64,000 nucleotides of DNA from Eledone cirrhosa. Taxonomy: Eukaryota. Numbering within the stretch: position 1 is the first letter of the stretch; every line of letters starts with the position of its first letter. The DNA lies in assembly GCA_964016885.1 (NCBI GenBank), contig OZ024742.1:67022001-67086000 (forward strand), given 5' to 3'. Below are positions 29,137-44,385 of this stretch, in pieces. The translations under genes were made by a program, and so were the position numbers. Under the pieces are notes generated by a model. The model saw only the letters and a program-made list of their open reading frames with translations, had not been told where the DNA came from and searched no databases.

Positions 29137-29911
29137 ATATATATATATATATATTCACTACATTGCGAGAGAAATAATGATGAGAATTGTTTTGCTTTAC
29201 AAAGCGAGCAATATTTTAAAATTCAATGTTACATAGTTCTGTATGCATATATAAAACACGGTCATTCTGTTTTATATTTCCCCAATCTTAAGAGAGAAAG
29301 AGAGTGAGAGATATGGAGAGAGAGAGTGAGAGAGAGATAGATGGGGGGGGGGGGTATGAGACACAAAAAGAAGACAGTGAAAATAAGTGGAAGGGAGGGA
29401 TGAAGTCAAATGACAATTTAGTGTCTTATGTTGCCATAGCCATTTCTTTCCTCACTGTGTTTTAGAAATGCCAAATTAAACCACATAAGGTGGTTTTGAA
29501 AGGAAGAACTGTGTAGGTTCAAATGATGAATCTTCATCATGCCTTCTACATCATAAATGTGTACGTCCCAGAAAAAAATTTGAAATTGATGGAGAGCGAT
29601 ATTTCGAATTCAGATTGATAGGAAAAGAAATCCCATCCATTTTGGCTAAAATGGAAAAAAAAATGAGTCACATTTAGAATTAATATTATATTCAAAATAT
29701 ATATATATTTCAACAAAATGTATGTCCTCTGGATAAGTTATATATATATATATATTATTTGCAAAGATGTCTAAACGTATTGTTATCACTCTGGGGTATT
29801 ATTCTAAATCGAGTGCTAAACCTACATTCCGAATTTGCATTCGTTAGCTTAGCCGCAGCCTAAAGCTTCGTTAATGCTGTACTAAAATCTATCTATATAT
29901 ATATATATATA

Positions 29912-30454
<543 letters not shown>

Positions 30455-30477
30455 AAGATAGAGAGAGAGAGAGAGAA

Positions 30478-30518
<41 letters not shown>

Positions 30519-30594
30519 TAGTGAGAGAGAGGGAGCGGGAGAGAGAGGGGGAGAGAGACAGTGAAGGGATAAAAATGTTATTACAATACTAAGT

Positions 30595-30786
30595 TAATAA
30601 TTGTTTCTACTTCAGGCACAAGGCCAGCAATAACGCCAGTGCATTACTGGTACTTTATTTTATCGACCCTGTAAGGATGAAAGGCAAACCAACCTCGGCG
30701 AGATTTGAACTCAGATCGTAAAGGGACGTAAATATGCTGGAAAGCAAGGCGTCCGACCCTCTACCGATACTGCCAATCCACCGCCC
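30595..30786 (-). mobile_element. tRNA-derived SINE, full length
   Basis: Homologous to 15126-15315. Confidence 0.9.
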
Positions 30787-31026
30787 TTTAAATTAATAAT
30801 GATTATAATAAAGGACAAATTAGTCCGTATGTGACAGTATTTATATATACTTTTGTGCACTCGGTCAGGTTAGAGCCACTGACATATTTCCTCAGCTACC
30901 GTGTTGCATAATAAAGTATCCGTTAGCCACTTCCCCGTGGTTTCATCCATGCATCGACCGCTATATTCTGGGCCTCCTACATTTCTCTAAATTATCTGGA
31001 GTACTCTCTTGTTAGGTGCTATATAT

Positions 31027-31474
31027 TCTTCTTCTTCTTCTTCTTCTTCTTCTTCTTCTTCTTCTTCGTCTTCTTCTTCTTTGTTTTGGTCTTCTTCTTC
31101 ACCCACGTATTCACGGGAGGGTCATGGGGACAGGTCTTAAACCCTCCTTCCAACAGGTCCTGTCATAAACAACCGTCACCAACTGATCCGGCTTGATACC
31201 CAAGCGAGGCAAGCCAAGCTCATGCATGATATCCAACCCTCTTGCTCTGGATCTACCCCTGGGTCTTCTGACGGTTGTTTAGTGTTTATTTCCTGAGACA
31301 TTCTAATGACAGGCTTATAGTATTGGAGGTGTGAACTTTCAATTCGGTGATTTCCGAGCTGTGCACTCTATCGAGTAACTTTCCTCCCAAGTCCCTTGGG
31401 AGAAATCCCACTCCGGCCGCTTGTATACGCGATTACATTCGTTTGGTTATTACCAAGGATTCAGGGCCATAGTG
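31027..31474 (-). mobile_element. RTE-clade LINE 3' fragment with (GAA)n tail
   Basis: YGPESLVITKRM*SRIQAAGVGFL...LLDRVHSSEI and RRPRGRSRAR...LGI...VYDRTCW, followed by (GAA)n. Confidence 0.8.
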
Positions 31475-32379
31475 AAAAAACAATAGCACCCATATTTATG
31501 TAACTTGGGTGCTATTATTTAACGTCCGAAATATAAAGTATGCAAATCATTATTGATGTTGCAGTCAATTGAGTATTTGTATAAATCCCAGAATTCTGAC
31601 TCTCTCTTTATTAGTCTTAACAGGCAAGGACACATTACCGTCGTCTATTTCCCTTCTTGGTATTGCCAATTTAAATATAAATATAGAAATATATGAAGGT
31701 TTATGGAAAACGTGTCTGTAAGGCAGCGAATATGTTTCTCTGTATTCACAAAAATGATTCACTTATTCGATTTTTGACGTGTGCAAAAAAGTAGTTTCAA
31801 ATTACAATTTTTTGTTTATTGTAAATATATATTATTTTCTAGTATAGCTGTTGTGTACGAACTTTTGCAATGCATATAAAAACATTATTTTAATTTACGG
31901 TGTCAACATCCAATCGACTTTAAATCGACCAAGGAGAAATCAATAAAATTAATTTTCTTTTGTAAAATGGGTCAGGAATTATTTGAATAAAAATTAGTAC
32001 CATTGAAAACAGCCCTTATGCTCATGAAATTGCAATTTTTATTTTAAATATTTCGGGTATTTAAATCAACAACTCTGCAGTTGGGGGATGAGGTAATAGG
32101 TTACTTTGCACATGCCAAAAACCTTTTGTTCTCAAGGGTAAATACAATTTGGATGGTGCGAAGAAAATGCATAAACAATGTACGATAAGTACTGAATGAG
32201 AAAATGCAACTCTTAACTAGAAATGTCAAGAAATCTTTTCTCTCGCAGATGTTTTTTTTTACATAATTTCCAACTAAATTACCTTCGGTGGTGTTCTGTA
32301 CAAGTATAGTGAAGTCAACCGCCATCTTCAAGGCAGCTTTCCGGTATGGAATGTCATCCAACTCCTCGTCATCCCATGT

Positions 32380-33000
32380 TTATTAGTAGTGTCGTGAGTC
32401 TGAGCACATAAAAGTTATGATGCAGGATAATATTCAGGGATCGATGAAGGATTTGAAGTGGTGAAGATAGGTCACCATTTTGTGTAACCTCCGAGTGGTT
32501 TCTACTTAGCAATCCTTCCTTTGAAATCTTAATTAACTATTGGGGTAAAGGTAGGATGCAGTGACGATCATCCCTGTCAAAATCGGTTGATACATCGCAA
32601 TTACTCACAGCCTCACATACATCCAAACGCATTACACATAATTTCTACGATGTGTCTAATGATTTGTATACTTTCATGGACAGGTCCTTGCAGATATGCA
32701 TTTTCCCAATGAAATTCTCAAATACAGGCGCCAAAGAATTGTATGATAACGTGACTTAAATCATAAATTCTGAGTTCCAAAATCTTATAGTCTACGTTCT
32801 CTTTGTTCAATTCGTTTCTTAACAGCCCTCTACTCACTCTCAGGAATTGATCAATTCTCCCTGCAGGTCCTGTATATTTCTGCAAAGGCTTCAAAGTGGA
32901 GGACTAATGTGTGAATGCCATATTAAAGGCGTTCCAAATAAGACTGCTCGCCCTTCACCAGACAGTGTATAGCATTCTATATCTCAGACGTTAAGGAGTT
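32380..33000 (-). pseudogene. Decayed Tx1/L1-like LINE RT remnant
   Basis: Collinear fragments NVDYKIL, IQIIRHIVE, D.STDFDRDDRH (cf. D..KAFDRVDH) and FYVLRLTTLL (cf. LYVLALEPLL). Confidence 0.5.
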
Positions 33001-35216
33001 TTCATTGTTCTAAGCATTTTCAACATACAACCAAAATAACTCGCCAGGAGCAACAGGTGCTAGCGTCTATCACCACATTTTGTCCACCAATGTTCACAAA
33101 TAGTTGAGCAGAGTGTCACCAAAGCTGCAAACATCATCGAATATGGTATACCATATTATTCTTTCGTTGGCACCTTGTGTGACTTTCAGAGGACTATTTA
33201 TAAAGCTTTTTCCCCGAATCCTATAGCTATGCTCCTTAGTTCTGAGATAATAATACTAGTATTTTGTGCTGATGAAATATTTGCGGGCCATTATACTAGC
33301 AAGCGTGTCGTTCTCGAGTTCTTATTTTATTTTTATAAATTCGCTTCTTCTAATTTGATTACTAGCTATATTTCTAATCATGTATCACTATATCGCCATT
33401 TCTATGTCAAACGACATAGTTTCTACTGTTATCGCAATAATGAGAGTAGACAAGATGAGAAACAGCAACAGAAAATGAGGAAGAAATTTGCAATGAAAGA
33501 GGAACAATATTAGCAACACCAATAACAGAAAGGAACATTAATCTAAGAAAAACACAACCAACACGATCAATGACAAATATGTTATACGCCACATGTAGAC
33601 TATCTGCAAAGATAAGATCATGATGAGGATGTTGATGGTCTAGATGCCATTACACGTGGGTGAGAGCGGCTTTGATGCTAATGTATATGTCGATGTTGGC
33701 GCTGCTAAGTAACCAGAGAATAACTCTGATTCAGCCAATGGTTGACTGAAGTCATTGCAACTAGGAATATTAAGTAATATTGTCTAAACATCCTATCATC
33801 TCTATGTCAGTACCATACAATCGGCTTACTATAATTATGAAGATTTTGATAGCGACTGCTAAACAGAAGCAGGAGTCGTATAATGAAAACAAAAACAGTA
33901 GCATTAGCCACAACAACTATACCGACGACGGGTTTTAGAACGACCCAATTAACAGGAACAATAACAGCATCAAGGATTCTATGAGTTATTTCAAAGTAGA
34001 AAGCTCCCGTACAACATACATTAATTAGCTTTTGTTTTATTATTTTAATTAGTTCAACATTAATTGACGTCACAATGTGACTATTATCTTTGCTTTATTT
34101 CCAGTCTCATTTCAGTCATCACAACATAACATATATTAATTGGCTTGTTGTGTTTCTTTATTAGTAGATTTAATGAGAACTAATTGGATAATTGTCTCCT
34201 TACTTGTAGACAAACTGGAGCAATATCATTTCTTCTGTTTCTCTCTATGTCTCCGTCGTTCTGTTTATCACTCCCTTTCCATTTCATGGTGATTCTTATA
34301 AATATGTACAAAAGCACGCAGCCTGATATATATATATATATATAGTAGCAATACTATTAATGATAATACTAATAATAAATACAATAGAAAAAAGTGAAAT
34401 GCGTAATAAGCCACACATCATAACAGACATAAACAAATATAACGCGTATAGGAAGTGATAGTAAACTTTTAACGTTCCAGCTGCAAGTATGTCACCAGAA
34501 GGGAAAGCATACAATAACTAGAGCCTAATTGTGGGTAACTAAAAGAAATAATAGTCGGAAAATAATAGTCGGTAAATCTGGAAAATAGGGAGATGGAAAG
34601 AAAGACAGCTGACAGGCGGAGAGAAAAGTGTATGGAAAATGTCAGCAACATTGAATACGTTTGTTGCAATAAGGACAATTTGGAATAAATAGAAGCTGAA
34701 AATAGTTACGCAAAGCGGTGTGAATATGTGCATGTCCACCTGTGTGGTGTGTAATCGGTTTTCTGAATCTCTAGTACTTGATCCTGTTTAGAAGTGCTGG
34801 TATGGTTTGTGCAGACCGGCGTGTGCATGTGTGATTTTGCATGTATATCACACATGATACGCGCATGTATATATATTTATAGCATACGCATGGATGTGTG
34901 TATGTACATATAAATAAACATAAATGCACAAAAATGCACTGAGGCATGTAGCACCTTTTACATAGATATATGTATATGTAGAAAGAGAAAAAGAGGGAAA
35001 GGTTTAACATTGGTGTTTAAATAATGTATTTTCTTCTGTGCAATATTACTCATTGTGTAATATTAGCATCTAAGTTGAGTGATTGGGAATCTATAAGTAT
35101 TTTACTGTGCAAGCGTTGGCTAAGGCGTGTATGTGATCGAAGGTCTTATTAAAATTACTGTTTGTATAGTGTGTACAAACACTCAGACACATACTTATAT
35201 GCATACATAAATGCTG

Positions 35217-35733
35217 CATAATGGCTGCAAACTCTGCAAAGAGTATTGCAATCGCTTGTCAGATTAGAGAAAATGGTGCACTCTTAGGCTACGGCCAGTC
35301 ACATGAACCTGTAACATTACCTGAACAAGCAATGCCTATGCTTTGAAGTGGGGAAAGGCCTGGCACTCGACCAATCCCACTCTGTGAGCATCGAAAACAC
35401 TACCTGAAAAGGAGTATTCGTCAACATCATCGGATGCTTTCGAAGCCGGAGGATTTTTTTGTTTTCAGAGGTTCCCTCTCCTAGAAAGAGGTTGTGACAA
35501 CAACTGAGTGTCTTTCACTCCCAGGCGAAAGAGAAAATACAATCTGTATGTCCGTTGACTCTGCTGAGTTACTCCACCCTTTGTCGGGTCTTGTATTTCC
35601 CGCAGGCTGTCCAAATATAACCCTCCTCACCAAGCAAGCTTGGTGGGGTTGCCGGTTTAGTCGCCGATGACCCAACCATGAGAGTCGTTGTACTGGGTTA
35701 CACGTTACAAGTAGTACACGAGAGCGACCTGGG
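35217..35733 (-). mobile_element. Diverged relative of the bipartite RTE-derived element
   Basis: Shares ccctcctcaccaag...ttggtggggttgcc.gtttagtcgcc, gcaatgcct and the atggctgc.aac terminus with 11242-11854. Confidence 0.7.
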
Positions 35734-38700
35734 ATAAATACATACATACATACAGACAGACAGACAGACAGACAGACATACAGACAGACAGACAAACATA
35801 CAAATGCGTGTGTAAAAGAGACAGCTATGTATTTGATCGAAATGTGTGTGTGTGATTGTTATTTGTTTAACGTGAGTAAAGAACCCGATATGGTTAACTG
35901 AATCATTTTGGTTGTCCGCAATGGGAGAGGAGGCTGAAACGGCACAAATGAATGTTGGACTTATTTGCAAAACGGAAATAGAGAGCCAATTGTGTATCTT
36001 TCCATAGTTGGATATCTCTCGTATGTTTTGTGAATCGCTCCCTCGAACAGCAGACATTTGTCCTATGTAAATAGACCGTCACAGCGAACATTTAGACAGG
36101 AATCGTTTTTTTCCTATGTAACATTTGTAACTAATTGGGTTTTTGATTATTGGAATCGCCAGATCATCTGGCCAGCTGTGCTATGCTGAGTTTAGTTACC
36201 TCTCTTCACACACTGTCTTCAATCCTCGCCAAACTTACTTTTTAACATTTCGGTGTCAATAAAATTAAGTACCTATACACCTGAGAAGAATGTATTATCG
36301 TCGTTTCCTTCTCTTTAAATATATGCCTCCTTAACTTTGTAAGCCATCAACATTTGCTTCGGGTGGTATATCCGCAAACTCATTAGGGTAGAGAATAAAT
36401 TATCTGGTGTTGTTCTTTCAGGATCTCTACACAATGAGTTGAAATGAGACTGATATCTATTTCGGACTGATATCAAATTCCCAGTAGTGCTTCAAACCTC
36501 GCCAATATTGAAATATAATCGCTTGACGACAAGACTGTAACTGATTATGAAAGACATAATGGTTGGTGAGGATTGTAGTTCAAGTTCTATGCAATCGGAC
36601 GGAGATGATATTTGCCTGAGTAGTTGTCAGTTATCTTTCCTTGAAATATTTACTTATAGACATGTAGGAAAAATTCTATATTTAGTATAATTGGATTATA
36701 CATTTTGTACTGGGCATTACTAAATGCTTAAGACATTCACTTTGAACACATGGTTTCCCAAAACCGACTACTCTGCTTAGTACATTCGATAAGTATATTT
36801 TACAATAGATGATCTAACTGTAAGTTGTGATTGAAATTGAGAGGATGAAAACTATATTAAAGCCCATGGATAATTCAGTTGGAACTCTGATTCAGATGTT
36901 TACCCTCGTGGCATAATGTTTTACGATTATTCGTTGTTGAGAATTACGTTAACAGTACATGAGTCTATGCAATGGTTAGCAACTTAGCTGTTAATATACC
37001 TATTAAACTATAAAATAAATTGAACAATTGTTCATTCATATTCAGAAGTGACGTCTGTACATTATTAATTATCCCCAAAGAGATGAAATTCTCGTTGCTA
37101 CAATGCCATTATTCGCAAGTCTCTTTAATCATAAATAACCTATGTTTAGGGAACACCTGCAATAATTTAACAACAATTATCAGGACTACATAAGAAAATA
37201 ATGGGTGCGATTTTATGATAGGCTGCGTTGTGAATGATTGTATATTGTCAAAAGGATTAGAATTGATGAGTTTGTGGTGATGTGGTTGATGATGCTGCCG
37301 CTTATACTTCAGGTGGGGCTACTTGTGGTATTTATTTGTTTAGTTGGTTGATTGTTGTTGCAACGTAACTTCAGTTAGACCCTGATTGTGGAAACTCTTT
37401 ATAAAATCATTCAGCCGTAGGCATTTCATAGTAAATTCATGTTTTCAAATATTATCCTCCCTTTTGTTAGATGGAAGAGATCTGCTTTAGAGGAATTTGA
37501 CCGGGCTATTCGAGTAGTTTTAGACACTACAAAGGATCATAATTGATTTGTTTCTTCTTATTGTTGTTTTTCTACAAGTCATTGCATATTAAGCAGTCTT
37601 ATGATCATATAAGCAGTCTTACGATATTAAAACCATTACTATCCTGTAATTGTAGAGTTAACTAAGATAGAATGTTTTTAGTTTTAACTAAGATAGAATG
37701 AATTTGGCTGCTAAATCTACCTGTTTCAGCAAACTAGCATGTATGATAATGATGATAGAGATGATAGTGATAGTAATTGTTTGATTAGCGATGGTATTTG
37801 TTAAAGTAGTAAATTTTGTGGTGAACATTTGGAATAGTTGCGGAGGCGTTGGGTGTGTTGAACTTAGTGATAACGGTGATTATGCTGATGGTAATAATTA
37901 TGTTAAACGAGATTGTGTGAATTTTAGTAATGATGGGGATATGTGAGGAGGGTTGGTGAAGGTGTAGCAAATGAGATAGTGTATAGTGACTAGTGATTGT
38001 GGTAATGGTGATGATAGTGTTAATGGTAGTCTTTTGTGAAGAGAATTGAAGATGCATTGGATGAGGATATGACGACAAAGATTATGATGCTGATGATGAT
38101 CGTTTTTATTGTAGTTATGATAATAATCGCGGTACTGATTCTGGTTCGTATATGCGAGGGGGATGACAGTAGATATGGTGAAAGTGTTGGTGTCATTAAA
38201 TTCCTTTGATTTCTCTTGGTTCAGCAAATTTCAAACTAAACCAAATATAAATAGACATATTTGTGTCTTGCTTATATTTTAATGGAGAGATTCGCATATA
38301 TTGAAGTGGTTTTATGTGACCTGATTGACGTGATGTTACTCACACTGCCGGTGCCATTACAGGTGGTATGATTGTTGGTGATGGTGGTGGTGTTAGTGGT
38401 TGCACAAGTAAATGGTATTATTTCGTGTAATGGTGTTATTTTTTGTCTTTGAGTGGTTTTGTAATGCTTGTGATAGCGTTAGTATTACAAATAGTTGTTG
38501 CCTTATGAATAGCATTAATGGTGGTTGGGATGTGTAGTTTTGATGAAAATTATTTAGCACTTTTGTAGAGGTGTTCACCAATGTTCACGTGTAATGACGT
38601 TCAGTTTATAGCCACGCCATCCCTGATCAAACGGTTCTCGGGCACACTGTTAGATTACCGATTCATCTTCACACTTATTTCACAATTTTATTTTACCGAG

Positions 38701-39329
38701 TACAATACACCAAATGTCGATGTTCATCGATGAATCTAATGGAGGGAAATCGTAATTGTCTTGGCATATGTCACTATCTCTATACGAAGGAATTTTTGTA
38801 CAGCTGAAGATTTGAAGTGTAGTCAGCCAATTTGAACACTGCTTGCGTGAAAAAAAACTGATGGTCTTTTGATAGAGGTATGCAGCCAAACACAGTATAT
38901 ATACTGTAATATTATTATCATTTAATGACGTATCCGTAAATGTTGTTTTTATATATATACAGAATATATAATCACATATTGAACGAAAAGCGGGAGGGGT
39001 GGAAGAAAGAGAGAGTAAAGCATGAAATGAGAGGGATATAGAGAGAAAGAGACAGAAAAGAGAAGATGAGAGGAGAAAAGAAACGCTGGAATGAGATCGA
39101 TGGAGTAGAACATTGCGAAAATGATTAGAAATAATGGAGAAAGTAAACTAATAGGAAAAATAGAAGTTTAAATGTTAGAGAATGAACGAAAATATCGTCA
39201 TATCCTGGGATATGACGATGCACTCCGACTGTGATATCAAAATCAACTGATTGGTTATTATATTCAACGTCTACAAAGAAATATTTGTTTCCTAACTTAT
39301 GTATTCATTTATCCCCCAAAATACACTAA

Positions 39330-39560
39330 ATGTCTCACGAAATGGAAAACATATCTAAATACCAAAATGTGTTGATTGAAATAACCGGACGGATTGTGGA
39401 TGCCTATAATACTAGGTACTCTGGGAATGAAGAAATACGCCCAGAAATACATTACCAAGGGCTCATAATTTACAAATATAAGCACCCTCCAGAAATTAGT
39501 AGTACAAGCATTGCATACATTTTAAGAAGTCTGCTCACAATACAATACAACAGGACCTTA
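39330..39560 (+). pseudogene. R4/Dong-like non-LTR C-terminal remnant
   Basis: SKYQNVLIEI / MPIILGTLGMKK / SIAYILRSLL resemble KY..L.IEI / IPIIVGALGMIKK / GTAHILRK.L. Confidence 0.5.
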
Positions 39561-40066
39561 GAGTAATGCAGAGACAAGACGCAATTTTGTGTAAATAAAA
39601 TTTCAAAAAAACATTGTCAAAGACTAAAAAAAATCAAACATAACAAAATACACAAAAGTGAGAAATGACGAAGAACTATATGTACCATGAAAACCATTGA
39701 TTGGAAACGAGCTATCCAAATTGAATTAAGTCGATTTTGATATTTTGCCTATGTATTTCACAAATGTGTATGTAGACGATAAATGAAGAGTTGGTGGTTA
39801 TACGAAAATTAGGTAACATCCAATGAATGTGCTAGAATGGCTTTCGATATCGTAACAATAGTGTTAATTATAGACTATACCATTTATGTACCACTACACC
39901 ATTGTTGTAATCAATAGGGTTTACGCCATATGAAGAAGCGGCACACATGTTATTGGAAGTAACATATTTAACTATTTCTTGGCGATCTTTGTCATAATAT
40001 AATGTATGAATGGATATAGAAATGAATATATACATATGAATATATTTATGAATATGTATGTAAATA

Positions 40067-40148
<82 letters not shown>

Positions 40149-40157
40149 TATATATAT

Positions 40158-40455
40158 TGTGCACCCACTGATGAATTATAAGAGCCCATTTGAATAATAT
40201 CTGTTGATCTTATACAAGCTTCTACATTAATTGGTATAATTTCACCCAACTTGTAAAAATCTTATAGTGAAACGAGTCGTCTGGGAAGTGATATATTTGA
40301 TATATCTCATATGAAGTGATACAGCCAATTTTCCACACAATGCAATTAGTTAGCACCCCGAACGTTTAATTAGGAATATACTCAGGTATTTCCTAATGTT
40401 TGTTGAGTGAGTTGGAATTTGGCCGGAGTATCGCTATTAGCTTTCTCCGATTATG

Positions 40456-40460
<5 letters not shown>
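40158..40460 (+). mobile_element. Solo ~300-bp pLTR (retrozyme-like) insertion between long (TA)n arrays
   Basis: Begins with a complete hammerhead and ends in a tail containing TACTC...GAGTG. Confidence 0.75.
40164..40285 (+). ncRNA. Type I hammerhead ribozyme, canonical GUC site, ~76-nt loop II
   Basis: ccca CTGATGA attataaga...tcttatagt GAAA cg agt cG TC tggg. Confidence 0.85.
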
Positions 40461-40553
<93 letters not shown>

Positions 40554-41735
40554 ATATATATATGTATATACGGGATAACAAATTATTGTTATAAATAGTC
40601 CACTTAGATGTAGTCCAGTTAGGGTACTCCGAGTAGTGGATAGTATCAACACATAGCTAAGTTTGACTCAACAAGGCGTTTCCATAGTGATGCTTCGAGT
40701 GCGCGGTGATTTCTATGTAATTTACACTTGGAGTAATGATAAATCAAGAAATAAGAGTGACACGGTTTGCTATACAATAAGGGCTTTAATCACATTGCTG
40801 ACAATCGTTTCTCTGAACTGGATGGTCTAGATATCGCTACCCGCCTGTTTCTGCGTCAATCGATCACCAATACATAGTTATAACCAGTAAATTCATCAGA
40901 GCTTGCGAGAATGAAGGGAATACACAGGCATGGCTTCTATATATAGTAGTGGCAATAAATCAGAACAACAACACCAATACTAACAATGATAGAAATAAAT
41001 TAGTTGAAATAATCACATCAATCTAAGTAAGAAATAGAGTATACTTATGACTTTAGCATGTAAAACGAGCTGATATGAGGCAGATGTATGAAATTGACAT
41101 ATAAAAGCTGTCATGGGGTGTATTATATATAGTGTAGAGATAAGCTGGGGCTTTAAACAATGTGCCATTTCCTTTACCGTAGGTTTGCTGATCGTAAGAA
41201 TTATTTATTATCTGGCAGATAATAATTTTCATTGTAGTGAGGACAGTAATTTTTATGTGGTGTAAAGCGGATTCAATATTTAAGTGGTCTATATTAGATG
41301 AAGGGATTGTTAGTTCGAATCATGGAGTTGTTTAACTTTTACATCATCAATAACATGCATGTATAAGATAACACCAACAGAGTAGCAATATAATAGGCAA
41401 GTTAATACAGAGGTTAAGGAAGCAATATATATATATAGAGAGAAAACATGCTGACTACAATTATAACAACAGGAGGATGGTGATGTTTTACGGACTGTGG
41501 TAGTATTCTAATAATGTACTTGGATTTAGGTTCATCTGTTGAGAATCAAGGGTGAGGAAGTTGTGGTGACAGCAGCTGAGAAGAGATATATGTATGGGTT
41601 GATAAGATAATTGCAGACATTACTGTGGTATAGAATTAAGGAGGCTAGAAGCTGCTTAACGGATATTATAGACTGTGGTGGTCTGTGTGAGAGTGTGGAT
41701 TTCATATGTTGAATGCTGAGTTATGTTGGTTCGAT

Positions 41736-42245
41736 TCACGGTGGCTTAAATCTTTTGAATTTAGTAGCAATCCTGTGTCTGCAGAAAATTGACCTTTCTA
41801 TCTTGCTGTTGAGTAGCCGTTTTTCATTCCTAAGGATATACAGTAATTCAAGGTCGCAGAGCCTACAATAGGACATACCGGTACAATATGGCCTTGCGGC
41901 CGACACCCTCGACCAGTTGATATTGTTGTTGATGTTATTGTCTTTATGTTCCCAGATCTTTTTAGCGAGGTTTGTAGAACCTATTAGTACACGGTTCTTC
42001 ATCGAATGTCTGTGCACATCCCATATTTTTTTTAATTACCCGCGGTGGCTCAATTGTAATGCCAAGTGGAGTTGCCCGAGTTCACCGTACACATGTACAC
42101 TAGACTCGAATCACAGCATCTGTTCGCCAATGGTAGGTGACAATTGCCGTTGGAGGTGTTATTCTCTGCAGCTTCCACACTGCTGTTTTGTACACTGCTA
42201 TAAGTGGCTTGTGATTCGTGCCCGTTCAGGTTTTGCTGCTGCGTG
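41736..42245 (-). pseudogene. Inverted duplicate of the PLE GIY-YIG domain
   Basis: Reverse complement of 43875-44385. Encodes LVYMCTV..WHY and NWSRVSAARPYCTGMSYCRLCDLE..CRHR. Confidence 0.88.
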
Positions 42246-42249
42246 ATAA

Positions 42250-44385
42250 GTGGAACTAAATTCAAAAAAAGAACACAACACAACAAATTAAAAAATGACA
42301 TCTATACACTAATAAAAAAAAAACTAAAAGACACCAACGGTATAATAGTAAAAGCAGACAAAACATCAATATTCTATGGACCTTAACACATACAATCATT
42401 TCATTCAGCGTGAACTACACAAAACATACAAAAAAAAACAAATGAATCCACACACACCAGCATTAACTTGGAGGGCCTTAGGATAGTAAATAAACTCGGA
42501 ATATCCGATAGGACCGAGCCTCTAACCCCATGCAACCCCACATTTAACCTTAAGGTTCACAAAAATAAAGTTGAAACAAATCCTATCAGATTAATATGCC
42601 AATCTAAGTCGGATATAGGTAAAATTAGCAAGAATATTCTAGATCGGGTAATCGCACAAATAAAGGGAAAACTAGAAACCAATTTATGAGGTAACACTAA
42701 CGAGGCGATAGAATGGTTCAATAAAATAAGAAATAGAGAGACATGTAACTTCATACAATTCGATATAAACGATTACTATGCGTTCATATCCCCAGCCACC
42801 CTAGATAAAGCGCTTATATTTTCCCAAAATAACTCCGATCTTACCCTGATGAAATTGAAATAATAATAGCGGCTAGAAGGACTATCATAAAATTTGAGAA
42901 TAGCTACTGGGTAAGAAAAGATAGGATAAACAGCTTCGATATCACAATGGGATCGAATGACTCAGCTGAAATCACTGACAGCATGGGGTTATTTATAGCA
43001 CACAACCTACATAAAGAATTCAGTAACCTCCAAGGAGGGATTTATAGAGACGACACGCTCCTTATAGCAAGGAACTTAAATATCCAGAGCATGGAAAAAT
43101 TAAGAAAAAAACATTAGAACATTCTTAAAAAAACTAGGCCTAATTATTAGCTACGAACTGAATCATAAAAAGCCAAACTTTCTAGATCTGACGCTAAATC
43201 TAAATACGGGATTAATAGAACCCTTCCACAAAAATAATGAGAATCTCGCCTACATTAGTTATAATTCAAACCACCCCATATCCATAATTAAATCCATAGC
43301 ACGTAGTATATATCCCTTAGAATATCCCGCTTATCCTCAAACCTAGAAATTTTAAATGAACATGCTAACTATTATAACGCGGAATTACATAGGGCCAGAC
43401 ACAAAGAAAAGCTACAGTTTATAACGGATAAGGACAACTCAAACAAACCTACTAACACTAACACCAACCGCTCAGACAAAAATAGAGGTAACAGGGCTAG
43501 ACATAGAGTTAGGCACGTAGCACCTATAGTAAGTGGTCCAAACACCAATAATGTAAACCCTGGAAACAATAGAATAATTAGTGTAAGAAAATACTATGGT
43601 TAAATCCAATCTTCAACTCCTCTGTAAAAACTAGACCGCCTTCTACGTTGTATAAACTAATAGATATACACTTCACTATATCACATAGATATCACAAAAT
43701 GCTCATTAGAAAATCTATAAAACTCTCATACTTTACGGCTGCAAATATAGAATCCCACATACGCAAGGTCAACCACAGAAATACCCCTAGGGAAACGGCC
43801 CCACCTATGCGCAACATAGCACCAAATTCTAAACATAAACACATCACAGTATCACAACCGCAAACGCATACGAGCACGCAGCAGCAAAACCTCAACGGGC
43901 ACGAATCACAACCCACTTATAGCAGTGTACAAAACAGCAGTGTGGAAGCTGCACGGAATAACACCTCAAACTGCAATTGTCACCTACCAGATAGGTGCCC
44001 ATTGGCAAACAGATGCCTTGATTCGAGCCTAGTGTACATGTGTACGGTGAACTCGGGCAACTCCACTTGGCATTACATTGGATCCACCGCGGGTACTTTT
44101 AAAAAAAGATGGTATGTGCACAGACATTCTATGAAGAACCGTGCACAACCCTCGCCAAAAAAATCTGGGAACTTAAAGACAATAACATCAACTACAATAT
44201 CAACTGGTCGAGATTGTCGGCCGCAAGGGCATATAGTATCGGTATGTCCTATTGTAGGCTCTGCGACCTTGAATGACTGTATATCCTTAGGAATGAAAAA
44301 AAAGGCTACCCAACAACAAGATAGAAAGATCAATTCCTGCAGACACAGGATTGCTACTAAATTCAAAAGATTTAAGCCACCGTGA
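42250..44385 (+). pseudogene. PLE reverse transcriptase (YRDD type) plus C-terminal GIY-YIG endonuclease, frameshifted
   Basis: KADKTS, RLICQSKSDIGKISK.ILD, FIQFDINDYY, FDITMGSNDSAE, GIYRDD, NFLDLTLNL, YNSNHP, LVYMC..HYIGSTAGTFKKRW. Multiple stops and frameshifts. Confidence 0.92.

Noticed and set aside
32851-32970. Host exon after the strong acceptor-like ctccctgcag
   Set aside because: All three frames stop quickly, and the region is better explained as a minus-strand Tx1/L1 remnant.
37740-38600. His/Thr/Ile-rich ORFs
   Set aside because: Decayed (GAT/GGT)n low-complexity sequence.
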